Of a DNA stretch of 64,000 bases, positions 28,408 to 38,532 are shown in pieces (the stretch's first letter is position 1; every line of letters starts with the position of its first letter). The translations under genes and the position numbers were made by a program. The stretch is taken from NCBI GenBank assembly GCA_038231455.1, contig JBBRLI010000002.1, forward strand, positions 32,001-96,000, read 5' to 3'. Under the pieces are notes generated by a model. It was not told the origin of the DNA and searched no databases. It was given only the letters and a program-made list of their open reading frames with translations. This stretch comes from Vulcanimicrobiales bacterium (lineage in GTDB: Bacteria > Vulcanimicrobiota > Vulcanimicrobiia > Vulcanimicrobiales > Vulcanimicrobiaceae).

Positions 28408-29975
28408 ACGAAGCTCGCGCGTGCGACGTGCGTCCCGAAGACGCTGCGCAACACGTCGCAAATCTCGCCGAGCGTCGCCCCCGCATCGACGGCCTCGATG
28501 AACGGCGGCATCAGATTAGCGGTACCCTCGGCAGCTCGCCGCACGTCGGCAAGTCGTGCTTCCACTCGCGCGGCATCGCGCGCCGCCTTGAATGCTGCTA
28601 GACGCGCGACCTGGTCGCGTTCGACGCGTGCGTCGACGCGCTGAATGGGGATTTGCACGCCGCCTTCGGCTTCGGTAAATTTGTTGACGCCCACGACGAC
28701 GGCATCCCCTCGCTCGATCGCTTGCTGGGCGCGGTACGAGGATTCGGAAATCTGATCTTGCATCCAGCCGCTCTCGATGACGGCGACCGCCCCGCCGCGT
28801 TCGTCGATCTCGGCAATCAGCGCTTGTGCATCGCGGATGAGGGCATCGGTGAGGGACTCGACATAGTACGATCCCGCGAGCGGATCCACCACGTCGACGA
28901 CGCCGCTCTCGTAGGCAATGATCTGCTGCGTTCGCAGGGCCACGCGGGCCGCCGCGGCCGTTGGCAGTCCCAGCGCTTCGTCGGCACCGTTGGTGTGAAG
29001 GGACTGTGTTCCGCCCAGCACCGCCGCGAGCGCCTGCAACGTCACGCGCACGACGTTGTTGGTCGGCTCTTGCGCCGTCAGCGTCGAGCCGCCGGTTTGG
29101 GTGTGGAACCGCAGCATTTCGGACTTGGGATCGCGCGCGTTGAATTCGACGCGAACGATCTGTGCCCAGAGTGCGCGAGCCGCGCGGAATTTCGCGACTT
29201 CTTCAAAGAGATCGTTGTGCGCATTCCAAAAGAATGAGATCCGCGGCGCGACGACATCGACATCCATCCCGGCCCGGGCGGCCGCATGGAGGTATGCTTT
29301 GGCATTCGCTAGCGTGAAGGCGATCTCTTGAAGCGCCGTCGACCCGGCTTCGCGAATGTGATAACCCGAGATCGAGATCGTGTTCCACTGCGGCACCGAT
29401 TCGGCGCAATACGCCATCACGTCGGTAACCAGGCGCATCGATGGCGTCGGCGGGTAAATGTAGGTGCCGCGGGCGACGTATTCTTTGAGTACGTCGTTTT
29501 GGATCGTACCGCCCAGCTTTGCGAAGTCGATTCCACGCCGGCGGGCGACGGCCAGCACGAAGGCGAGCAGGATCGAGGCCGGAGCGTTAATCGTCATCGA
29601 GACGGTCACGGAGTCGAGGGGGATGTCCGCAAAGAGCGTTTCGACATCGTCGATGGTGTCGATGGCGACGCCGACTTTGCCGACTTCGCCTCGGGCGGCG
29701 GTGGCATCCGAATCGTAACCGAGCTGGGTCGGTAGATCGAAAGCCACCGAGAGTCCGGTCGTTCCGGCGGCGAGTAAATACCGGTATCGTTCGTTCGATT
29801 CAGCCGCGGTGCCAAAGCCCGCGTACTGTCGCATCGTCCACAAACGTCCCCGATACATGTCGCGCCGAATACCACGTGTATATGGGTAGTTTCCGGGCAG
29901 GGGTCGAGTGGGCGCGGGCGTATCGTAGACTGATTCGATAGCGATTCCGCTGGAGTTCGTCGTGCGTGGTCTCAC
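28404..29975 (-). CDS. Methylmalonyl-CoA mutase, substrate-binding (large) subunit of a split enzyme
   Basis: [37 protein letters not shown]; no B12-binding DxHxxG domain. Confidence 0.93.
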   Translation of the reverse strand: MRPRTTNSSGIAIESVYDTPAPTRPLPGNYPYTRGIRRDMYRGRLWTMRQYAGFGTAAESNERYRYLLAAGTTGLSVAFDLPTQLGYDSDATAARGEVGKVGVAIDTIDDVETLFADIPLDSVTVSMTINAPASILLAFVLAVARRRGIDFAKLGGTIQNDVLKEYVARGTYIYPPTPSMRLVTDVMAYCAESVPQWNTISISGYHIREAGSTALQEIAFTLANAKAYLHAAARAGMDVDVVAPRISFFWNAHNDLFEEVAKFRAARALWAQIVRVEFNARDPKSEMLRFHTQTGGSTLTAQEPTNNVVRVTLQALAAVLGGTQSLHTNGADEALGLPTAAAARVALRTQQIIAYESGVVDVVDPLAGSYYVESLTDALIRDAQALIAEIDERGGAVAVIESGWMQDQISESSYRAQQAIERGDAVVVGVNKFTEAEGGVQIPIQRVDARVERDQVARLAAFKAARDAARVEARLADVRRAAEGTANLMPPFIEAVDAGATLGEICDVLRSVFGTHVARASFV

Positions 29976-30038
29976 GATGGGCTCTTCGCTCTATGCGATC
30001 TTCCCACCGTGTGGAATCGCGGTCTTGACGGAGGTTGG

Positions 30039-31817
30039 ATGATCGAGGGTGGTCCGAAGCCCGAACGGCCGGCGCGTGCAAACCGCCGCTTAGCTGCGCT
30101 ATGGACGCTCTCGCTGCAGCCGGGCGTCGACCTGACGGAATTCGGTCACGCCGTTGTCGCCGAGGCGTGCGATCTGCTCGGTTTCAATCGCGGCAGCCTG
30201 GTCGAGGTCGATACCGACGGCGCCGTCATCGCGACACATCCCGGCGACATCACGCTGCCGGATCGAATCCCGGCTCTGATCGTACGTACCGTGACCGTGA
30301 ATCACCCCCTCGTCGCTCCGCAGGATGACGGCGATCTGGCGCTTTGCGCGCCTGGGAAACTCGGCGAGCGCGGGTACGTGCTCGCACTCTGGGGCGCGAT
30401 TGGTGCCACGCAGTGGCTCGATGAATCGGCGCTCGACGAAGCAACGTTCTTAGCGACGATTTTTGCCGAATTCGCCGAGCGCCGCCGCGACGTCGGCGAC
30501 TTTGCGAACCTTGCATTCCACGACGCGCTCACCGGGTTACCAAACCGTCTGGCGCTCCTGAACCGGATCGAACAGACGATCGCCTCGGCCAAACGCAACG
30601 GCCATAACGCGGCGGTGCTCTTCGTTGACATCGACGGCTTCAAACACGTCAACGATACGCTCGGGCATAGCGCCGGCGACCGGGTTCTCTCCGAACTTGG
30701 CGCCCGCTTTCGCAAGGCGCTGCGCCGCGAGGAGTTCATCGGGCGGCTCGGCGGTGACGAATTCACCGCGATCATCCCCGAGACCAAATCGTTTGAAGAA
30801 ACCTATGAGGTCGGCCAACGCCTGCGCGAACTCGCGCGGAAACCGTTCGATGTCGACGGCCATATTTTCGGACTCTCCGCATCCATCGGCGTCGCGCAGT
30901 ATCCGGCTGACGGAAGCACGGCAGAAGAACTGCTCGGCAACGGCGATATTGCCATGTACCGCGCAAAAGAATCCGGCGGCGATGCGGTTTTCTTGTTCGA
31001 TTCGGGCGTACGCCAGCGAATCGAGACGCGCCGCCGGCTAACGCAAGATCTCCAAGGCGCGATGATGAGCCGCGAGTTCCTCGTGTGCTATCAGCCGGTG
31101 ATCGACGCGTTGACCGAGGAGATCGTCGGCGCCGAAGCGCTCGCGCGCTGGCTGCATCCGACGGACGGGTTACTCTCGGCCGAATCGTTTCTGGGCTCTC
31201 TTGGGAGTTCGAACCTCGTCTCGCTTGTCGATGCGTGGGTGCTCGCGGAAACCGCACAGCAGAATGCGCGTTGGACCGCGGAAGGGAACGCCGTCGATAT
31301 CTTCGTCAATATCGCCGTCCCCGATGAAATTGCGCTTGGCGAGCTCGATCGATTGGTGGCCGACCCGCGCTACTCGAGCGCCCGTCTCCACGTTGAAGTG
31401 GGCGAAACAGCCGTCATGAAAGATGTTGACGCGGCGATTGGGTTTTTCGAAGCCGCCAGAGAACGAGGGATAGCAACTGGGCTCGATCGGTTCGGTGGCG
31501 GCGCCTCGTCGCTCAAAGTGCTCGATCGGATGCCGCTGGATTTTGTGAAGCTCGATCACTCGTTGATCGTGGGTGTGGAGCGTCGTGTAAGTTCGAGCGG
31601 CGCGGCCTTAGCTGCGATCGCGATTGCGCGCGCGTTCGAATGGAAGATGATCGCGCAAGGCGTCGCCAACGCGTTCCAAAAGCGTTGGCTCTTGGACAAT
31701 GGAGTGCACTTGATGCAAGGTTACGGTGTCGGTCAGCCGATGACTGCGGCAGATTTCGGACATTGGCGAAAAATCACGGCGGAGCATACGGCTGCGCAGG
31801 CGGCTGACCGGTTGTGA
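30039..31817 (+). CDS. GAF-like/GGDEF/EAL protein (EAL degenerate)
   Basis: HDALTGLPNR, LGGDEF, AEALARW; SD GGAGG before ATG 30039. Confidence 0.9.
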   Translation: MIEGGPKPERPARANRRLAALWTLSLQPGVDLTEFGHAVVAEACDLLGFNRGSLVEVDTDGAVIATHPGDITLPDRIPALIVRTVTVNHPLVAPQDDGDLALCAPGKLGERGYVLALWGAIGATQWLDESALDEATFLATIFAEFAERRRDVGDFANLAFHDALTGLPNRLALLNRIEQTIASAKRNGHNAAVLFVDIDGFKHVNDTLGHSAGDRVLSELGARFRKALRREEFIGRLGGDEFTAIIPETKSFEETYEVGQRLRELARKPFDVDGHIFGLSASIGVAQYPADGSTAEELLGNGDIAMYRAKESGGDAVFLFDSGVRQRIETRRRLTQDLQGAMMSREFLVCYQPVIDALTEEIVGAEALARWLHPTDGLLSAESFLGSLGSSNLVSLVDAWVLAETAQQNARWTAEGNAVDIFVNIAVPDEIALGELDRLVADPRYSSARLHVEVGETAVMKDVDAAIGFFEAARERGIATGLDRFGGGASSLKVLDRMPLDFVKLDHSLIVGVERRVSSSGAALAAIAIARAFEWKMIAQGVANAFQKRWLLDNGVHLMQGYGVGQPMTAADFGHWRKITAEHTAAQAADRL

Positions 31818-32389
31818 TCGATCAACGCGAGAGCGCGCGTCACGGCGAAGTCGTCGGCGCGTTGTTAACCATGCTATCCGCGCGCGATGCCGCGACGTGT
31901 GACCACTCCATCGCTGCCGGTGAGTGGGCGCGACGGTTGGCACTTGCGATTGGCTTGAGCGAAGAAGAGGCCGATGCCATTGAAGTTGCGGCCATGTTGC
32001 ACGATATCGGCAAAATCGCAACGCCCGACCACATCTTGCTCAAGCCCGGCGCCCTCGACGCCCAGGAATGGGTCACGATGCGCGAACACGCCGGTCACGG
32101 CGAGACGATCCTCAACCGCTTCCCCTCGCTGCAAGATTACGCGCACATCGTTGGCGCGCATCACGAGCACTACGACGGCACGGGCTATCCGCGCGGCCTT
32201 GGGGGCGATTCCATTCCGCTCGGCGCGCGCGTCGTCGCCGTGGCCGACGGGTATCACGCCATGATCAGCACGCGTCCGTATCGCTCGGCGATGACCTCGA
32301 ATGAAGCCTTGGTCCATCTGGTGGCCGGAGGCGGGACTGTTTGGGATCCGACGATCGTCAAGCACATGGTGGCGCTGGTCGCCGCTTAG
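31814..32389 (+). CDS. Stand-alone HD-GYP phosphodiesterase
   Basis: LHDIGK, HHEHYDGTGYP, VAVAD; GTGA overlap with the upstream gene. Confidence 0.92.
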   Translation: MIDQRESARHGEVVGALLTMLSARDAATCDHSIAAGEWARRLALAIGLSEEEADAIEVAAMLHDIGKIATPDHILLKPGALDAQEWVTMREHAGHGETILNRFPSLQDYAHIVGAHHEHYDGTGYPRGLGGDSIPLGARVVAVADGYHAMISTRPYRSAMTSNEALVHLVAGGGTVWDPTIVKHMVALVAA

Positions 32390-32766
32390 GCCTCTTCGCT
32401 GCGGCGTGCTCCAAAGATGAAGAGGCCGAGTAAGATCGCGTTGAGCGGCATCGGGCCGAGGGTCTTCCACGAGACGATCGCGTTCCCGCGGCTCATCTCG
32501 AGCAGCGGCAAGACGATTGCGAAAAGCTGGTCGAGGGCGAAGAGCCACAGCAACACCCGATAGCGCGGGAGGTTGCGGTAGGCGACGACGTAGAGCAGCC
32601 CGACGATGAGGTATTCGCCGCCGGCGATCGTGGTATGAGCCGGGTCCTTCGTGGGTACGTCCAGGACGGGTCCTAGGAGGCTCTGGAAGAACCAGCAAAA
32701 AATCGCGATTCCGATATCGCCGACGGCGCCGACAATCAGCGCTACGCGTAAGATCTTCGTTTTCAA
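32386..32766 (-). CDS. Hypothetical membrane protein with about four TM helices
   Basis: TTG start with GAGG SD; four hydrophobic segments. Confidence 0.7.
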   Translation of the reverse strand: MKTKILRVALIVGAVGDIGIAIFCWFFQSLLGPVLDVPTKDPAHTTIAGGEYLIVGLLYVVAYRNLPRYRVLLWLFALDQLFAIVLPLLEMSRGNAIVSWKTLGPMPLNAILLGLFIFGARRSEEA

Positions 32767-32807
32767 ATGGTACCTCGGGGAGTCGTGTTTCGCCAAAAGA
32801 ACGCCGG

Positions 32808-35189
32808 ATTGTTGAACTGCTCGAGAATTCGCCGCTCGTCCTGATCGAATGGGACGGGCAGCTTCGCGTGTCCCGCTGGTCACCGCAAGCCGAAGCGACA
32901 TTTGGTTATGCGGAGTCGGACGTGATCGGTAAACGCGGGGTGGAGTTCGGATTTGTCCACCCGGGCGACCGTGCGGCGATCGACGAGATCGACGACGCGC
33001 TCTTCCACGGACGGACCGAACGCGTCGTAAGTTCCAATCGCAACGTTGCAGCCGACGGCCGCGTGCTGTATTGCGACTGGTATAATTCGGCCGTTTATGA
33101 TGATGCCGGCACGCTCCAAACGGTGCTCTCGCTCATCCACGACGTGACGGATCGCGTGCGCGGAGAGGCCGAACGCGCCGAACTCCTCACGCATTACCGA
33201 TTTCTCGCCGACGCCGTCCCGGAGATTCTGTGGAGTTGCCGCCCCGACGGCTGGCCCGACTATTTCAACCTCACGGCCGAACGCTATACCGGACTCAGCG
33301 ACCAGCAGATTCGTGAAAACGGCTATTACACGCTGGTTCATCCGGACGATGTCGCCGAACTTCAACTGGCCTGGGAAGCGCACGTGGACGAGCCGCGTGC
33401 GTTTGAAAATCATTATCGCTTACGCCGACACGATGGAACGTATCGCTGGCAACTCGCGCGCGCGAAGCCTCTCATCGTCGACGGCGTCGTGGTGAAGTGG
33501 TTCGGCACGTGCACCGATGTCGACGATCAGCGCAAGATCACCGACCGCAGTCTGCTGATCGCCGAGGCTTCAAACGCCCTTGCCTCCTCGCTCAACACCA
33601 AGACGCTCGCGCGCACGATCGCGCGTTTGCCGATTCCGAGTTTTGCCGATTGGTGTAAAGTCGATTTGATCGTCGAGGACGGGCGAATCCGAACGGCCGC
33701 AATCGCACATCGTGACACGATTCGCGAAGCCGGCGCACAGGCGCTTGTCGGCACGACGCATCTCGATCCGCGGGCGACGAGCGGGGTGCCGGCGGTGATG
33801 CGATCCGGTTACGCACATTTGGCCGATACGAACGACAGTGATTTTCTCGGTGAAGTGAGTACGGAGTTACGCGCGGCGTACGATGGCCTCGGGCAGCCGC
33901 ACTCGCTCATCATCGCGCCGCTGCGCGCGCGCGGCCGCACGCTTGGCACGATTTCGTTCGTGCTCGGCGACTCGGGGCGGCTTTTTACGGATGAAGACGT
34001 CTCTTTTGCCGAAGATCTCGCACTGCGTTCCGCCGTCGCGCTCGACAACGCCCAGCTCTTCGAGCGCGAACACCGTGTCGCCGATACGCTTCAGCGCGCA
34101 ATGCTCCCGACGAATTTACCCGTCGTCGACGGGATGAAATTTTCATCGGCCTACTCGCCTGCGGCGGCTGAATCCGAAGTCGGCGGCGATTGGTTCGACG
34201 CATTTCCGCTAGCCGACGGGCGGATCGCGGTCAGTATCGGAGATGTCACCGGGCACGGCCTGACGGCAGCGGTAATCATGGGCGAAGTTCGCCAGTCGAT
34301 TCGCGCATCGGCAATGGTCGATAGCAATCCCGCGCTCGTGTTGCAGCGCGCAAATCAGCTGCTTTTATTGCACGAATCCGCCTCGATCGTCACCGGGATC
34401 TTCGGTGTCGTCGATCCGAAAAAGCAGACGTTTACGTATGCAAGCGCAGGACATCCGCCGCCGCTCGTCACGCGGGACGGCGCAGTGTGGGCGCTCGAGA
34501 CGGCGGGGTTGCCGCTCGGACTCCGCGGGCCGGACGATGAAATTTCATTTACCACATACCTTGGCCCCGGTTGTATGCTCGTGCTTTATACGGATGGGCT
34601 GATCGAATTCAGTCGCGATCTCTACGCCGGTGAAGCAGCGCTGCGCGCAGCGGTCTCGGAAGAATCGCTCATGCAGCGAGACGATCCGGCTGCCTCGATC
34701 GCGCGTCGGGTTCTTGCAAAACACGCACAGTCGGATGACATCGCGATCTTAGCGGTGCGTTTCGATCCGCTTCCGACCGACCTCACGTGGCACTTGGCCA
34801 AAGGCGATATGCCTGCCGCACAGCTGTTGCGCCGGCAGATCGCGAAGCTCGTGCGCACGTATACAAGCGACCTCGAACAGATCGCCGCAAGCGAAGTCGT
34901 GGTCGGCGAATTGCTTGCGAACACCGTGGAACATGCGCCACATGGTGTGGACGTGCATCTCGACTGGCGCGATCGGTATCCGCGCCTGATCATCGGCGAT
35001 CTGGGCGAAGGCGTGCGCGCGCGGCCGATTCTGCCGACGGATCCTTTGAGCGAACGCGGCCGCGGGCAGTTCATCATCGGGCATCTCGCTCGCTCGTTTG
35101 AGATTCGCACCGACGAACATGGTCGAACGATCTACGACGTCGTTCTCAACTGCGAGCGCGAAATCGTTACGGAGTCGGCGCCAGCGTAA
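32808..35189 (+). CDS. PAS-PAS-GAF-SpoIIE (PP2C) phosphatase with C-terminal RsbW-like HATPase domain
   Basis: PAS motifs; VGGDWFD, GDVTGHG, LYTDGL, DDIA; ELLANTVEHA and GRG. Start is uncertain (see findings). Confidence 0.9.
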   Translation: MVELLENSPLVLIEWDGQLRVSRWSPQAEATFGYAESDVIGKRGVEFGFVHPGDRAAIDEIDDALFHGRTERVVSSNRNVAADGRVLYCDWYNSAVYDDAGTLQTVLSLIHDVTDRVRGEAERAELLTHYRFLADAVPEILWSCRPDGWPDYFNLTAERYTGLSDQQIRENGYYTLVHPDDVAELQLAWEAHVDEPRAFENHYRLRRHDGTYRWQLARAKPLIVDGVVVKWFGTCTDVDDQRKITDRSLLIAEASNALASSLNTKTLARTIARLPIPSFADWCKVDLIVEDGRIRTAAIAHRDTIREAGAQALVGTTHLDPRATSGVPAVMRSGYAHLADTNDSDFLGEVSTELRAAYDGLGQPHSLIIAPLRARGRTLGTISFVLGDSGRLFTDEDVSFAEDLALRSAVALDNAQLFEREHRVADTLQRAMLPTNLPVVDGMKFSSAYSPAAAESEVGGDWFDAFPLADGRIAVSIGDVTGHGLTAAVIMGEVRQSIRASAMVDSNPALVLQRANQLLLLHESASIVTGIFGVVDPKKQTFTYASAGHPPPLVTRDGAVWALETAGLPLGLRGPDDEISFTTYLGPGCMLVLYTDGLIEFSRDLYAGEAALRAAVSEESLMQRDDPAASIARRVLAKHAQSDDIAILAVRFDPLPTDLTWHLAKGDMPAAQLLRRQIAKLVRTYTSDLEQIAASEVVVGELLANTVEHAPHGVDVHLDWRDRYPRLIIGDLGEGVRARPILPTDPLSERGRGQFIIGHLARSFEIRTDEHGRTIYDVVLNCEREIVTESAPA

Positions 35190-36936
35190 CGATCGGCGCA
35201 CGCGCCTCGACGGTGTCGCCGGCTTTGACGTGAACGTTTTCGATCGTCCCGGCTTTATGGGCGCGAATTTCGTTCATCATTTTCATCGCCTCGATCACGG
35301 CGACGACCTGACCCTCGGCAACGAGCGCACCGTTTGCGGCGCTAACTTCGACGACGACGCCGTGCATCGGTGATACGACATCGTTCCCTTGCGGGGCTTG
35401 CGCTTTTCGCGTTCCGCCTTTGACGATCGATTTTGCAGCGCCGGTGGGGCGCGCGGTAGCGATGCCGGATGGGAGATCGATGAAGCGCACGCGGAAGAGC
35501 TTGTCGTTGACTTCGACGCGGATCGGTTCGCTCGGCGCGGGCGCGGCCGCGGACTCTTCGGATGGGACGTTGCCGCTAGCCGTCGTGCGCGCTGCCGCGA
35601 ACGGTTCGAGCGTTGCCGTTCCATAGCTCGCATCGAGAACGGGCGCGAAGTCGGCGAGCTCGCGCAAGAGCGAGCGCGTCGTTGGAACGCCTTCGACGAT
35701 GTATTCGTCGATAGCGCGGCGCAGACGTTCGAGCGATTCATCGCGCGTACGTCCCCAAACGATGAGTTTAGCAATCATCGAGTCGTAGTCGGGGGTGATC
35801 GCAAAACCGGTCGACGCGGCGGAGTCGACGCGCACGCCGAAACCCGCAGGCTCGCGATACGCGGTAATCGTACCGGGAGCCGGCCGGAAGTTGTGCGCGG
35901 GATCTTCGGCGTTGATGCGCACTTCGATCGAATGACCGCGAAAGTCGATCTGCGGTTGTGCGAATGTCAGCGGCCGACCGGCAGCGACGAGAATTTGCTC
36001 GCGCACAAGATCGATGCCGGAGATCATTTCGCTCACGGTGTGCTCGACTTGAATGCGCGTGTTCATCTCGAGGAAGAAGAACTCATTACCCGCGACCAGG
36101 CACTCGATCGTGCCGACACTATCGTATGCGATGGCTTTCGCCGCAGCGATGCCCGCCGCGCGTAAACCTTCGCGAACGTGATCGGAGATGAGCGCGGGCG
36201 CCTCTTCCCAAACTTTTTGATGGCGACGCTGCAGCGAACAGTCGCGCTCGCCAATATGCACGACGTTGCCGTATTTGTCGGCGAGGATCTGCAGTTCGAT
36301 GTGCTTGGGATTATCGAGATACCGTTCGGCGTAGATCGTGCCGTTGTTAAAATAGGCGGTCGCCTCACGCTGGGCGGTCGTGAACGCGGATTCGACATCC
36401 TCGAGCGTCCGTGCGACTTTGAGGCCTTTGCCGCCTCCGCCGCCCGAGGCTTTGAGAGCCAGCGGTAAACCGAACTGTGCGGCGGCCTTGCGTGCGCCGG
36501 CGCCATCGAGGATCGGTTCGGTTCCGCCCGGGACGACCGGGACGCCCGCTTTGATCATCGCTTGGCGCGCGCGGACTTTGTCGCCCATCGCATCGATTGC
36601 AGCGGGCGTCGGCCCGATCCACGTCATGCCCGCATCGATCACCGCCTGAGCGAATGACGCGTTTTCGGCGAAAAAACCGTAGCCGGGATGAATGGCATCG
36701 GCGCCGGCGCGCTTGGCGACCTCGAGAATTTTGTCGCGATTGAGATAGCTCTGCGCGGGCGGCGCCGGGCCGAGTAAATAGGCCTCGTCGGCAAGCGAGA
36801 CGTGCCGGGCGTCGCGATCGACTTCCGAGTAGACGGCGACGGTTTTGATGCCGAGTTCGCGCGCGCTGCGCATGATGCGGATCGCGATCTCGCCGCGATT
36901 CGCGACGAGCATTTTGCGAAACGGTGCCTCAGCCAC
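35167..36936 (-). CDS. Acetyl/propionyl-CoA carboxylase alpha subunit (biotin carboxylase + biotin carrier)
   Basis: ANRGEIA, HPGYGF, GGGGKG, RDCSLQRRHQK, EMNTRIQVEH; EAMKM biotinylation site. Confidence 0.95.
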   Translation of the reverse strand: MAEAPFRKMLVANRGEIAIRIMRSARELGIKTVAVYSEVDRDARHVSLADEAYLLGPAPPAQSYLNRDKILEVAKRAGADAIHPGYGFFAENASFAQAVIDAGMTWIGPTPAAIDAMGDKVRARQAMIKAGVPVVPGGTEPILDGAGARKAAAQFGLPLALKASGGGGGKGLKVARTLEDVESAFTTAQREATAYFNNGTIYAERYLDNPKHIELQILADKYGNVVHIGERDCSLQRRHQKVWEEAPALISDHVREGLRAAGIAAAKAIAYDSVGTIECLVAGNEFFFLEMNTRIQVEHTVSEMISGIDLVREQILVAAGRPLTFAQPQIDFRGHSIEVRINAEDPAHNFRPAPGTITAYREPAGFGVRVDSAASTGFAITPDYDSMIAKLIVWGRTRDESLERLRRAIDEYIVEGVPTTRSLLRELADFAPVLDASYGTATLEPFAAARTTASGNVPSEESAAAPAPSEPIRVEVNDKLFRVRFIDLPSGIATARPTGAAKSIVKGGTRKAQAPQGNDVVSPMHGVVVEVSAANGALVAEGQVVAVIEAMKMMNEIRAHKAGTIENVHVKAGDTVEARAPIVTLAPTP

Positions 36937-37123
36937 GAAGACGTCCGTGCATCGCCCAGAGCGATGTCGAGCGCGCGGCCGCACGCGTATTGGCGGCGTC
37001 GCTTGTGTGGATGCGAGCGGCGATGCGCCACGGTGCCATGCTTCGTGTTTCCTCGCGAGCGGATTGCGTTTGGAGGAGTGCGGTTGCTGCTGCGATTACC
37101 GCGGCCAGTTCATCATCGGTCAT
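36929..37123 (-). CDS. Acyl-CoA carboxylase epsilon-like (or OadG/MmdD-like) small subunit
   Basis: MTDDELAAVIAAATALL...PWRIAAR...LWAMHGR; overlaps both neighbours. Confidence 0.7.
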   Translation of the reverse strand: MTDDELAAVIAAATALLQTQSAREETRSMAPWRIAARIHTSDAANTRAAARSTSLWAMHGRLRG

Positions 37124-38532
37124 GCGATTTCGCTTGGGGTCGTGACGGTGCGTGGGGCATGCGTCTCGCGTTTGTCGATGCTGGCGACGAGCCGATCGAA
37201 TGCCGCCCACGCAAACGGCGCTTGCGCTTGCAGCCCGTACCCGAAAGCCGCAAACGTATCGACATGGGTGCCGCCTTGCACGAGGAAGAGTTGGTGAAGC
37301 GCGGATTTTCTCGCGGCGGCGATCGCACGAACGTAGGTGTGTGCGTTGTTCTCCGGGGTGATAAAGGCGTCGTGCGTTCCGGCGATCGAGACAAGTGGTT
37401 TTTCGATCGCGCCGCTATGCGCGAAACGTTTGATCGCCGTGCGTCCGGCCGCTGAGACGATGTAGTTCGCTCGATTCTCCGCAAGCGCCAAGCCGGTACC
37501 CGTGCAAGCAACGGGGAGACGCGGATTTGCATCGGGCGTGCACGGCGCCGGGCCAAACGCCGCGGTAGCCTCGGGGTCGACGAGTTGCGCGTACGCATAG
37601 ACGGTGAGGTCGGCGTAATACGGTGGGACGTTGGAATAGTATTCGCCGTAGAGCGAGCGATGTGCGTGGTCCGCTTGTACGACGTCGCGTGGAAATCCGA
37701 ACTTCACGAGTCGATCGACTAGCGTCGTGTCGCGGTACTCGCTGCGAAGATAGTCGGGCATCAGTTTGAGAAACGGCGGGAAGTAGTCGAGAAAGCTTTG
37801 CTCGGGCGACCAGTAGACGCCGGCCCATTCAACACCGCCGTCGACGAGTTCGGGATGGCGCTCGAGCAACGTGCGCACTTGCGCGCCGCCGTTCGAGAGT
37901 CCAACGGCATACGTGTGTTTTGGCGCAGCGTGATTGGCTTTGAGGACGTCTTTTGCGTGCAACACCAGGCGCCGGTAGCTTTCGTTCCAGTCTTGGATCG
38001 GCACGGGTTTTGGTTCGAGCAGACCGAGGCGAATGACGAGTCCTTTGCTTGCAAGGCCGGCTGCTTCGAAGGGGATCGGATATGCGGCACGGGGTGCGGG
38101 CGTCGCGGCCGCGGCCTCGACGACAGCGTTGTAGGGAACGCCCTTGTTGCCTGAGGCAAACGCGTAGCCGCGGGCGAGTGCGAATTCGCCCCAGATGAGA
38201 TCGTTTGCATACGCACTGCGCGTCGCGGGCGTTCCGGCAACGATGAGCGATCCGTTCCACGCATCGGGAACGCGAATCACGGAGGCGTCAGCCGGAACGT
38301 CGTTTGTGTAAATTCGGCCGGGGATCGGAGTCTTTGCGGGCGTTATCGTCGTCGGCATCAGCAGCGCTTTGGCATCGCCGGCCGGATCGAAACCGGGGCG
38401 TTTTTCCGGCAGCGGTGCATAGCCGAAACGCAGATCGGCGACATGGTCGCTCATGCTAGCAGCGATCGCGCGCGATGCCGTCAGGGTAAGTGCGCTCGCA
38501 GCGAGCGAGGCTGCGAACGTTCGGCGCTGCAC
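37120..38532 (-). CDS. Tat-exported alpha/beta hydrolase (tannase / hydroxybutyrate-oligomer hydrolase-like)
   Basis: MQRRTF twin-arginine signal; GLSNGG nucleophile; GTHDAFI; GGTHVD. Confidence 0.75.
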   Translation of the reverse strand: MQRRTFAASLAASALTLTASRAIAASMSDHVADLRFGYAPLPEKRPGFDPAGDAKALLMPTTITPAKTPIPGRIYTNDVPADASVIRVPDAWNGSLIVAGTPATRSAYANDLIWGEFALARGYAFASGNKGVPYNAVVEAAAATPAPRAAYPIPFEAAGLASKGLVIRLGLLEPKPVPIQDWNESYRRLVLHAKDVLKANHAAPKHTYAVGLSNGGAQVRTLLERHPELVDGGVEWAGVYWSPEQSFLDYFPPFLKLMPDYLRSEYRDTTLVDRLVKFGFPRDVVQADHAHRSLYGEYYSNVPPYYADLTVYAYAQLVDPEATAAFGPAPCTPDANPRLPVACTGTGLALAENRANYIVSAAGRTAIKRFAHSGAIEKPLVSIAGTHDAFITPENNAHTYVRAIAAARKSALHQLFLVQGGTHVDTFAAFGYGLQAQAPFAWAAFDRLVASIDKRETHAPRTVTTPSEIA

